In this document: positions 22,841 through 34,029 of the stretch, piece by piece
Layout: every line of letters starts with the position of its first letter
Position numbering within the stretch: position 1 is the first letter of the stretch
Assembly: GCA_965649825.1 (NCBI GenBank)
Contig: OZ287694.1
Location: 1,425,197 to 1,489,196 of the forward strand
From: Penicillus capitatus
Lineage: Eukaryota; Plantae; Chlorophyta
Length of the DNA stretch: 64,000 nucleotides
Direction of reading: 5' to 3'
Notes under the pieces: model-generated
What the model was told of the DNA's origin: nothing
What the model saw: only the letters and a program-made list of their open reading frames with translations
The model's database searches: none
Translations under genes and position numbers: made by a program

Positions 22841-24841
22841 GACAATAGAATGGACTAGAATTGAAACACCATGAACGACGAACAAACGAAGAGGGGCAAA
22901 ATGACCAAAAACCACAGGTTGAAATGAAACAGAACATGAAACACACAATCAAGAAAGGGGCTATGCTGAACACAGTGAATGAAGGAAACAGAAAGAGCAG
23001 GACCTAATCAAAGTGCTAAAAACTATCACCTAACTCGAAAGAATCTAAAAAATCCACCCAGGACGGAAAGAAAAGACCCTAAACAAACAGAGACCCTTAT
23101 AGAAAAGATGAAAATGCGGGTCCTGGGTGGTGTCTCCTTCGCCGGCCGCCTTCAGAGTACTGGAGACAGATCCGATGCAGAGCGGCTTGGATCGGGCCCA
23201 GCGCTTCCGAATGACGCCACGTCCACGCAAACTCCGCTTGGCCCACCGCAGAGCTGCGTCAGCCAGGTGCCGCCACCAGTGACGGCTGCATCTGCGACGA
23301 ACACAAGCACATGTTCAGCAAGACGGCAGGGCAGCGGATGAAATTCGCTTACGAGGATTTCCCGGGGACGCCGCTGACCGGATTGTGCCTCACGAGCCAT
23401 TCTTGAAAGTGCTTGGCGATACGGCCGGCGATGGAAAGAACGTAGACGGTTTTGTGGCCGAAGAGGCGTGTTCTGTTCACGCTGCTCCAGACGGATAGCG
23501 CAACGGCAAGCGCAGGTCGCGGACCGTAGTGTCACGGGCCCCAGTTCTGGCCGACCCCTCTGTCAGGGTATCGGACTTCGGCAATGCGAACGCGGCCCAC
23601 CGTTAAAGCGCAACGGACTTCCATCGCTGCGTTCGCTGTTTTCGGAGGGTTCAGGTTGCTTCGTCGACCTAAGGACAGTTCCCGGAGACAGATAACCTCA
23701 GAAGCTGTGCGTGCGTCGGTGCACGAAGGTTGACGTTCCGAGATGAACACCTTCCGTCGCATGGCTATCTCGTTCGGAGAGTAAGCACCGCGACGAAGCT
23801 CTTTGCGTTTGGCGAAGTCGACGGACGGACGGACAGAAAGGACAAATGCTGAAATGCGCGTTGTGCGGTGCGACGTCGGTTATGTTGTACGACGGTTAAT
23901 CCTGTGTTTTGATCAGATCATCTTGACGATGGGGGTATATCGCATACATAGTAAGGAACGTCCAGGGCATACACTGCCGACCGGTCCTTGCATGTTCAGC
24001 ACTTTGCAAAATCTGCAGATGATAGCTTTTCGATTGCGTCAAGGCACCGCAGCATTGAGAATCCCTGCAGCTCGAACACATGAACAAGCAGTCGATGCTG
24101 TCTGTCAAAGATACACTGACTAAGAATGAGTCAGCCATTCAATGGAAGGCTGTCCGTTGATTTCATTCGAAGATTGGTTATGACATCACATGAGACAGTG
24201 CAGGAGTCAATCTGCCATTTGAGGATGCAGTCTCCACTCAAACCCAGAGTTTTTTCGAGAGATGTTCTCACGTCTAATGGAGTATGCAAGAGCGGTGGAT
24301 CATCAGTTATCTGTGAATCCTAGAGTACAAAGTGACTACCCCAGTCTTCTGTATCTTGTCGTGACAGCAGAGGATAGGTACAGCACCAATGTATCCTCCT
24401 TCGATGCACCCGTCAGTTACTCCTCCCAACAGTAGAAGGACGTAAGGTATGGCATGAACCTCAAATCGTTGATGTTGGATTCAGTAGACATTAATGAGAA
24501 GCAATCTTTGGGGATGGAGTCGAGGAGATGTGCAATCCAGAAAGCCAATCTTAAGTGTCCCAATGCTTACAGCTCTGTCCCGTTCCCGACGAGTAACAGG
24601 GGACTTGTAAACATTGGATTGAGAAACAGAGATTTCTATCTTTGATCAAACTCATTGGCAGCAGACATGTACGTCACCCGCACAATTAATGTCCCAGATA
24701 CGATTAGCGGTCTGTCAACAAAATACAATACTAACATGCCCAGAGCAAGTGGTCATCGATCTTTGCTCTATCCAGCTAAAATGAGATCTTTTGAGGAACT
24801 GTTTGCTTAAACCGGTGCGTTTGATTGTGTCACATAATTGC

Positions 24842-27348
24842 TCAACTGGAAGATGGACCGATCGCATCCAGTTTTTGGAGAATTTGGTGCATGGCAGTTT
24901 CCATTCTGTCCGTTCTCTCCTCCATGTGACGCCTCCAAGCTTCCTCCTGCAGTTTGTTTTCTGTTGTCTCCTTGTCAATCTTCGAGCAATGTGCTGCAAG
25001 TTCATCGATCTTCTTGTCTGTGAGTGTGTGTTGCTCCTTCAACCTTCTCTCAACCTTCTGACCTTCAGACTTGATGGTTCTTTCCATCGCCACCAGTTTG
25101 CCCTGCCATTCATCGTCATGCGATTTTAGTTCAATGACTTCAGGAACCAGGAAATGGAAATAACCTCCCTCCAATCCGTCTGCGGCAACTTCACGGGTCA
25201 TCCTTATACGTTTCGATGATCGAAGCCATCGACGACAACTCCACGAAAAGAACTTGAAAATTGGAGTAAGAAGGTCGCTGCAGCGCACCACACATTAACA
25301 GTCAGATTCAGATTGTTCTTTAATGACCTACGATGGCCAACAATCAGAATGACGGATAAACTGAAGCCTGGCAATCAATCGGAGTCGGAGTTTTCGAAGT
25401 TCTGCTTTTTCCTTTGATCGAACTCTGTCAAAGATATCTTGCACAATGGCGATCAGAACACTGATCAGTACGATCGGCAAAACGAAGATGAATGAAGCAA
25501 ACAGCACAGTGGCCCAGATCGCAAGAAAGCTGTTTGAAAATCGAAACATCTACACAACCATATCAGATCAGCCATCAAAGACACAGCTGGAGAAATTAGC
25601 AAAGACGTACTTCGACATCGAAGTTCCCAATGCAGGCGTAGAGGAGGGTCTCAACTGCATGCCAAAGAGAACTGAAGTTGTCTTCGTCATTTGCTTTGAG
25701 CCCGTGTGTAAAGAGCACCACAAATGCTGATGAATATCCGACGATCAAAAGAATCATTAACAGCAGAAAACGCCAGGAGTCCAAAACGGCTGAAGTCGCC
25801 ACCGAGACAAACGTACCGATTCGTTCAAACGGATGCCACGAGAGAAACATCTAGAGTGCACGAACAAACTCAGTGGGAGGCAGAAACGATTTGGCAAACA
25901 CCTCCACCCATTGAACGATGAAGATAAGAGACATTAGAAAGGCGCCGTATTGGTAGGAACTATTGTTGGTGCTAATGTATTGAATTATGTTAAATAGCCC
26001 CACTTCTATCAAGCAGATGTTCAACCTACAGACATCCATCTCAGAAATGGATTAAAGAAACAAATAGGTAAGTGATTGCTGACCTTCGATAAGACTTGAG
26101 ATAAGCAGTTGCGTATACTCGTAGAATGAAGTAAGGTACGGTCAGGATAAACACACTTGTAGGAAGTAATTCTCCCATCTCATTTGACGATACAATCATG
26201 AAGATGATGGTAAGGGCCAAAGTGGCCAAACTATCCGCAATGATTATAGTTTGATAATCAAAGCGATAAACTCGAAACCAGTGATCAATAAAGTTCAGCA
26301 ACGTCTCAGACTCGAAAACTTCGACGGATAGGTTCGAATTGTGAAGGTATTCACAGAGATGTTGAGCACCCTCGATAATGTTACGTCGGCGCCGTAAAAA
26401 CGATTGCCAGGCATTTGGTTTCCGAGGTATCGAACGACTGATACAAAAGACCTTTGCAGTGACCGTGATCTGTGGATCTGTAGTGCTGCCAATAGAGTGA
26501 CCCTCTTCTTCCCAGTGCTCGATCCATAAACCCTTTCCCTGCTCGCCATCCATCGCTTCCCAGTTGTCCGGTATCGTCCTCGTGATCATAGTTTTTGCGA
26601 ACTTACTGTTGTTGTCAAAAAGAACCTTCGGCATTCGAAAGCTGGCATACTCGATGGTGAACTTATCATTCCTGAGCAGATCTGCCAACACATCGGGACG
26701 CTTTTCGCCAATGACGGGCAGGTGTTTCGCCAGGAGGTCGCTCGTTTCTTCGACACAAGCGTATTTTTCTGTGAGCTTGTCCAGAACGAATCTGACACTC
26801 TCGTATGTATCGCTCTCGATTGCCCAGAGCAGCAGATCTTCTCCCTCTGTTCGAAATGTCACGGCGATCCCTTCGTTCTTTGCGTAGTCGAGCAGCATCT
26901 CTGCACAGTCGTATTGACCTTTTCTGATGGCATCCCAATAAATAGGACATCCGTCTTCGACTATGGCATCAAGGACATCGATTCCGTGCTCGGAGATGAT
27001 CCTGTCCGTCAAACAGAACGAGCCGTGAAGGGTAGGTCGAAACGCGCAATGCTGCGCACCGGTCTACGTCTTCCGGCTTCCATGCCGACGGCGGTTCGAT
27101 AACGAGACGCAGTTCGTTCGATGAACCGCTGCCTTCTCCTAAAGCAACGCATCGTCGCACATCCTTCAGTCGAAAGACGAAGAAGTTATGAATGGCTTCA
27201 ACAAACCTGAGGTCGGAGATTGCGTTGCCTGCGGCGGCTCCATCACCCAATTCCCTTCGGGCATCTGCCGCCGCAATAAAGGCAGTCTCGGTTCGTCATT
27301 CCCTTCGCTTGAAGCGATTTCAGCTGCCGCCGAAAATGTTGAACCCAT
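24842..27348 (-). CDS. TRP-like cation channel, subtype E copy 1 (7 exons)
   Basis: Exon 1 MGSTFSAAAE..., exon 2 RLVIEPPSAWKPE, GCPIYWDAIRKGQYDCAEMLLDYAK, FERIGTFVSVATSAVLDSWRF, pore VETLLYACIGNFDVE, S6 LPIVLISVLIAIVQDIFDRV, coiled-coil tail. Confidence 0.85.
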
Positions 27349-28178
27349 CTGGGAGCAGTCGCAAAAAGGAAGGGCGAATGGTGCTTAAAAAGGCGGAAAC
27401 TGTGTCAGCGCGCACAGGATCACTGTTATTTGGAACCTGTCGCGCAGTCCTTCACGCGGCCGCATCATTGCCATTTGATGCAGCATCAACGCTACGTCTA
27501 AACCTATCTCAAGCTGAATCGAGCAGAGGCAAAGATAAGACCTGCAACGAACTCTGTGCGACGTGTCATCCGACTTGGGTCGCTCATGGAGTCGATAGAC
27601 TGCCTTGCAGCTCATGATTCAGCAGACACAGATGAAGAATTCCAAGCTCCTCACATGCGTCGAAAAAAAGACAAATTACTGAGCTCAGCAATGACGGCCT
27701 CGCACATCCGCGTCTTCCAGGAGCTCGGTGTCCACCCAAGGAACGAATTACGTTCTGACGCAGAGCTGTGTTTGCTGGCATGGCCACATCCAATGGGCAC
27801 AGTGGAATCTGCCGAGAAACACTCCAGCAAGAGAAGTCGAAAGTTTGGCATCTTGGGTTCAGATCAGCAAACGATTGCTTCTCCTTTTGAAATCGTCACA
27901 TCGATCCTGCGAACATGAATGGACTTTCTCTCATCGTCGTGGTCAATACAGTCTAGTTACTGTAATGCACACAGAGGATCTGACAATTTTTGAACTTGAA
28001 TGTGTGAGAAGCGCGCTTTTTGGCTGCCATATCATCTGATCTGGTCGCGACAGCGGGAGTAGAACGCGTGACGTGACTAATCTCGCTGGTTTCACATAAT
28101 GGCGTCGAAGTTACATAAGCGTCTCCCAGAGAATGTTCTTCAACAGTTGCAGCTTAGCTTATTGCATTCCCATCCTTA

Positions 28179-29377
28179 TCAGATCTTTGTCTGAGTTCCT
28201 TGGAAGAGAACGGTCCCGTCTGCTTCGTCCACAATGAAATAGAGGTAAGGACGGTCGACGATGATGTTGAACGGAGGAGGACCTATGACTGCGGATGTGG
28301 CTACAGCAATGATTGCCGTCGCCGCTGCTGCTTCCGTCCCCTACAAACAACCGCACTCATCACTGAGATCGCCAAAGAATCACAACCTCTTCATCCACAA
28401 TGATCTTGGCCTTGTGAATGACGTCGGAGATCGCCAACGACTCGTCCCTTGTGATTCCAGAGAAATCCGCCGCAGACGAGAAGGCTGTCGACAGGCCGAG
28501 CTTCATTAGCATGTCGTTCAGAGGCTCCAGCGTCTGCTCCATTTCCCACTTGGGCATCTTGAGCAGATCGACTTTCCGCTCGACGAACCCGCTGCCAAAC
28601 AGTGAGCCGACTTGCTTCCCGAGACCCCGTTCCGCTGTCTTCCATCCGTCGAGCTTGTTCGGCAGCAGGACGTACATCGTGAATGCATCGCCCTCGTACG
28701 GCAAGGCAAACAGAACGGCGTCCAGAGCATCCACATCCTTGACGCGAAATCTCTTATCTCTCAGCGACATGAAGGGCACCGTCTGGTCGCCGCCGATTGC
28801 ATGGAAGGTGTCGTCTATTGTCCCGTCTACGGGGAAGCGCGTCTTCCAGCTTCCCTTGAAGTAGAGGGCGTTGACGGCGACGAGGACAGTGTCGGGCGAG
28901 AGGACGCCTGTTGCAATGAGATCCGGAATCAGCCCTGCCGTTCTCTGACTGACCCATGCGTTGATTCGGACGCGGACGTCTTCGAATGCTCGAAGGAAAT
29001 CCACCGATTCGACGTTCGCCGACCCGATGCTCGACACGTAGGCGTCCTCGAGGGTCACAGACTGTTCGACGTAGATGCGGTTCGCCATCTTCGCCACGGA
29101 GTCGCCAGAGTACTTCGTCAGTTTGGACGTGAGGTCGCCTCTGACGCGTTCATCCTGGACACAAGTATTCGAGGCGCGTCGAACGTCGGGGAGAGCTTAC
29201 ATCGAAATCGAAGAGCTTCTCGAGTTCGGTCTTGGTTTTGCCTCGAGCACCGTTGTAGACGAGGAGGAAACATACGGCTATGGACAGTGGAGAGAAGATG
29301 AGGTTATCGTCTATGTGTTGCGGTCGCCATTCGGACAGGAGTTTCTGCCCGAAAGCATTCACCGAGTTCGTCGTCAT
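28179..29377 (-). CDS. Serpin, inhibitory-type hinge, no signal peptide (368 aa; exons 29377-29201, 29154-28387, 28340-28179), copy 1
   Basis: NLIFSPLSI, MANRIYV, INAWVSQRTAGLIPDL, LVAVNALYFKGSWKTRF, LPYEGDAFTMYVLLP, MPKWEME, ADFSGIT, VIHKAKIIVDEEGTEAAAAT, VDRPYLYFIVD. Two 46-nt introns. Confidence 0.96.
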
Positions 29378-31084
29378 GGTGCGAACGATTTTCGGCGGAA
29401 ATCTTCCAGAATATATTCTTTCTGAACGAACTTGGGAGAAATACCGTCGCGGAGCAAATAAACGAGGATGGTCTATGAGGATGGATATTGGCCGTAACAG
29501 CTGTTTTTATAGGCCGATTCTGAGGTGACCCCGGAAGCTAACAATCCTCGCTTACGGTGCGACAGCGCAGCTGCCAGCTGTCCACTTCTACATTGACAAA
29601 CGCAGAGCAAAGCCATCGCTCCTGCTCAGTGTCTTCTAGAACCTCCCAGGTATCTCACATAAGTGTGACACGTGTACAGTAGATAGAGCTTAGAGACCTG
29701 CAGGACTGACTGCTTACTGTAAGAGAGGACAGCTGTCACTATCGAATTTGACGACTCTGTTGTGATCCCTGGTAGTAACGGCATGTCTTTAGCTATCGAT
29801 AAATGACGGTGTCGCGCAGCTAAGAGACGCTATTGCTGCTGACGGGTTGATGAGTTTGATGCTGTAATGAGCATCCAGACTGCATGCGGATACATGACGG
29901 CGTCGTGCCATTCTGTCGAGCTGGTCACCTTATTATTCGTTGCTGTCATCGCCTTTTGCCAAGTCGGAACGGAAATGGCGAGATCGCAGAGAACGACCGA
30001 AGGGGCTTCGGTAGGCAAGTACATTTTGTCTGTAACCTGATTCTATTGCCTACAAGTGTTCGTCCCATGACGACGTGATTAATCACAAAGTCAACAGGCC
30101 ACCGCCTCTGTGATCTACTATGGAGACACTAGGCTTGCGGTTTTTTAATGCCGCGGGCCTCACTTTTTGCGACGGTACCGGAGTCTGCAAGAGTACCTTG
30201 GAAAGGATCTCTTTCCTGTCATGAGAACGTCGAATGGTCCCCATTGCGGTGAAATTGGAAGAAACTGCAAATCTACGAGACTCCATTGTTCCTTGTTGCC
30301 GCATTGGTGTTTGCATGCCGTCGACAGGCCTCTGCTAAGACGAGCTCGTTTTCAATCTTTCTACAATTGGCTTGCGCAAATACGCACGAAGCTCTCGTCT
30401 CTGGAGACAGCCAATCATTCGCTGGCTCTACCGATGGCGACAAATGGTGATGATTACGACAATACTCGTGTCCATGCGCCAACGACTGTCGGCATTTAAT
30501 GATACTAACTCTTACGTGCCTCTGGAGAGCAATGAACATGTGATGCAAGGAACTCTGTCATTTAAACAGCTTCCCCCATCTATATCGAATCTCTGCCATG
30601 GCAAATCCAAGGTTTCCTGAATAGCAGTGTGCGTTCGCACAGTGACTACTGTAGAATCCTCACAAAGGATGATGTGTATCCGAGGAGATGTCGATGGCAA
30701 TACCGAACGTGAGAGCAACTCAAACTGCTCTTCGTGGCACCGATCGATGATAGCCTTCGTGGCATCGCTGTCGGGGAAAATTCTTTGCTCTGTGTCCACT
30801 TACAATAACCGCATCTGACTGTCTGGTGTCACGAGAACAAGAGAATCAACGATCGAATACAGAAGAATTCAGCTTCGAAAAGTGACAAGAAAAGACGACA
30901 TCGAATCGTCGTCGTTTAATGGAGTTCGCCCAAAAGTAAAGTCGATATTGCTGAATGTACATCAGATAATGACGAATAAATAAAACGCCACGCTGTCAGC
31001 CGTCGTCATCGACGAAACGCGTTCGTGTTTCTCCGTGCTCGACAATACTATTCTCTCCGTTAACGCCTCAGACGGAAAAGCAGA

Positions 31085-33660
31085 ATGTCCTCATCGCGTC
31101 AAGAGACCGAGGAAATGGAAGAAAGCTTGTTGCCAACCGAACACGAAGGTTCTTTCGAGGCTTCTACGTCGCGGCAGCAAGTCGATTCACAACGTCAAAT
31201 GTCGACATCATCGACAAGAACCGACGAAGACGAGCATCAAGAAGAGGAGACTTTGAATGGTGAGCATGCAACCCGCCAAATTCTTCGACTGCCGGTCAAG
31301 AAGGTGACGGTTGCGTGCTGCCACAGATGACGGCGGCGCCGTCTCCAGCGAAACGGGAAGATGGTTTCTTGAGCCTCCGTCGGAGTGGACACTGGAGAGC
31401 ACCAAGCGGTAAACATCGTTTCTGTTGCTGCTGCATGGTTGTGGAACCTCTTGCAAACTGGACAGACTCATAACTGAACATGGGACTCGAATCGTCCATG
31501 CTGTTGATGTAAAAGGATCGCCGATTTTCTGGAATGCTGTGGAACGAAATCAGTTTGAGTGTGCAAACATGCTCATGGATTATGCAAAGAGCAATGGGGT
31601 AGCCGTGACGTTTAAATGCGAAGATGGCAATCTGCTGTCAAAGGCTGTCAAAAGCAGTTCTGAACCCCACGTCGAGTTCATTCTGGACAAACTGACAAGG
31701 AAGTATGCGACTGTGTCAGAGACAATCGAACTGCTGGAATCGCATCTTCTAAACCTCACCGACAACTTTCCAAAGCTCGCACTCCGTTTCCTAAAAGAGG
31801 GCGACTTCGCAGTGGAGTACGCCAGGCTCGAAGTGCCAAGGGCTCTGTTCGGCAGAGACGGACATACTCCAGTTGTGATGTATGTTCATGAGGAACAGAA
31901 TCCTGTAAGCTGGATTCCTATGGACAGTGGAGCAGCAAAGGAGCTCTGGAAGCAGGGGAGTGATTACACCGATCAATTGTCGGACACCACGAGTCAGCAG
32001 ATCAAAGTGGTCGCAAAGTTCTCATGCATTAGTCACGGGAGTTTCTTTGCCGTCTACGGAAGGAAGTATGTCTATAATGAGTATTAGTGTTCGACTAGAT
32101 TGGGTGTTCTGGCGCAGCTTGCAAGAATCTGGTTTGGTGCGTTTTCATGTTCTTGGCGTGACAGACGTTGCAGACCTTTTCAAATCGACGACATCCAGAA
32201 TCTACGTCGACTGGGCATTCAGGTTTTGCCGCAACCCGTATACTCTGGGCGTCGTGCTGGATGTCGTGGTTGCCGCGACGTTCACAACCTTTGCTGTCAT
32301 GTACAAACACCAGCATGGCCATGCCATGTCAATCCACCGTGGAACTCCGATAGCACTCATAGCTGTGCCGTGCCTTGCGAATCTACTGGGAATCTTCTGC
32401 TCCTTCTCAGCACTGAGGTAAGACGCACCAATGATCTTCATGCTTCTTTTGCTTTGATGTTTGCATACAGGATCACTATGTTTATCATCGATCTTGTACT
32501 CCTCGTACACACATGCATCACTGTCTCTCACACCACGTTCTCTGCTTTTACGGCATCTGTCGGATGTATCCTCTGCTGGCTCGTGGTAAGATCCATTAAT
32601 AAGTGTTTCCCGAAATTCTTGCGACAATGAGATGGTTGTCGTTTGATTTAGTTTTTTCGGACTCTTCGACCATATGGTCGATTTGGACCTTTCGTTTCGA
32701 TGGTGGGCTACGCAGTGATTGACTCCCTACCGTTTGCGATGATGGGCTTACTGCTGATGCTTGGATACTCCGCAGCATTCGTAGTTCTTTTCGACGATGA
32801 CCTTGCTCACGACAGCGACGACAACTTCGATACCCTTTTTCACGCCATACAATCGTTGTTTCACGCCGGCCTCGGGAACTTTGAAACAGACGTAAGTTCT
32901 GCTAAAGATGAACATTCTTGACATTATCCAGTGAAGTCATTCTGGTGCAGATGCTTCACCCTGCCAGTGGATTTCTCACAATCTGGAGAGCCCTGCTGTT
33001 TAACTCCTTCATCTACACAGGACCGATTGTCCTCATGAGTCTGCTTGTTTCTATCTTAACTGATACCCATGACAGAGTTCGTTCCGAAGAGGAAGTCGAA
33101 CAGTCGATGTACCGACTGCAAGCATTACTTGACTGCATTATGGCTCGTGCAGTTGTTAAGTGGTAGGACCATTCAGATTCGGTCGAAAAGCCGAATCGTG
33201 TTACCAGATGTGGTTTCGTTTGTAGGTGTTTGAAGCCTACTTTCCGTCGCAGGCCCATTGTATGGACAAAGGACTTTGTGCGATGGTTGAAAGTTGACGG
33301 ACCCAGAGGATTTCGCATGCCGGAGAAAAGTTATTTTCATCATCTGGTTCCCGAAGCCGCTGAAGAAGGATCTTCTGCTGGAGCGTGGCATGGTAAACTC
33401 GACGCACTCGACAGAACGATCAAGTCTGAAGCTGGAAAGAATAAGAAAGCTCTTGAAGGTTAGATCATTACCTAAAGCCAAAGGTCCGTCTACTGGCGAG
33501 ATGTTGTTGTTCAGAGATCAATCAGAAAACGACAGACGTGTATGGTGCACTGTTCGAGAGAATGAGAAGCTTAGAAGAGAGTGTGGGTGAGATGAAGGCC
33601 CAGTCGAGTAACTTGAAAGAGAGCGTGGACGAGATGAAAACGTTGATCAGAAACCTGTGA
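31085..33660 (+). CDS. TRP-like cation channel, subtype D copy 1 (9 exons, A/B-like)
   Basis: MSSSRQETEEMEESLLPTE; GSPIFWNAVER; RPYGRFGPFVSMVG; pore IQSLFHAGLGNFETD; S6 GPIVLMSLLVSILTDTHDRV; last exon EINQKTT...LIRNL* (TGA 33658-33660). Confidence 0.85.
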
Positions 33661-34029
33661 GATTCGTAAAGATCTGAACCGAGCTCACTCTAAAACTTGC
33701 CTAGAGCCTGCACCATTCTGCTCATCTGAGCCTTCTTTCCCTCGTTTTGTTTTTCTTTCTCAAGCTGCTGCGCTTAAAGGAAAGTTACTTCTAATATGTC
33801 CAATGAAATTTTCGTGTCAGGCATGCGACGCCCTGCTGGTTATGACATGGGAAGCACTTCCCGTTGGGATTTTGTTGTGGTCATGCATTTCATTGTTTCC
33901 TGTATTCATCATTGTAGAGATGCAACAGATAAATCTCCATTGACATTACCTGGAAGTGAAACGAATGAACGGCACTGAATTCTTAATGGCAATCTGCAAG
34001 AGTGTTGTCTGAAGTGTGTCCACGTGATC

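Noticed and set aside
28418-29425. Long + strand ORFs opposite the serpin (229 aa, 148 aa, 116 aa) and similar shadow ORFs opposite the channels and the retroelement
   Set aside because: They are antisense shadows of real coding sequence with no recognisable motifs.
29430-31000. ORFs of 60-110 aa between the serpin and D (and between E and the serpin, 27350-28170)
   Set aside because: No motifs or consistent splice pattern. Their conservation is explained by the recent duplication.
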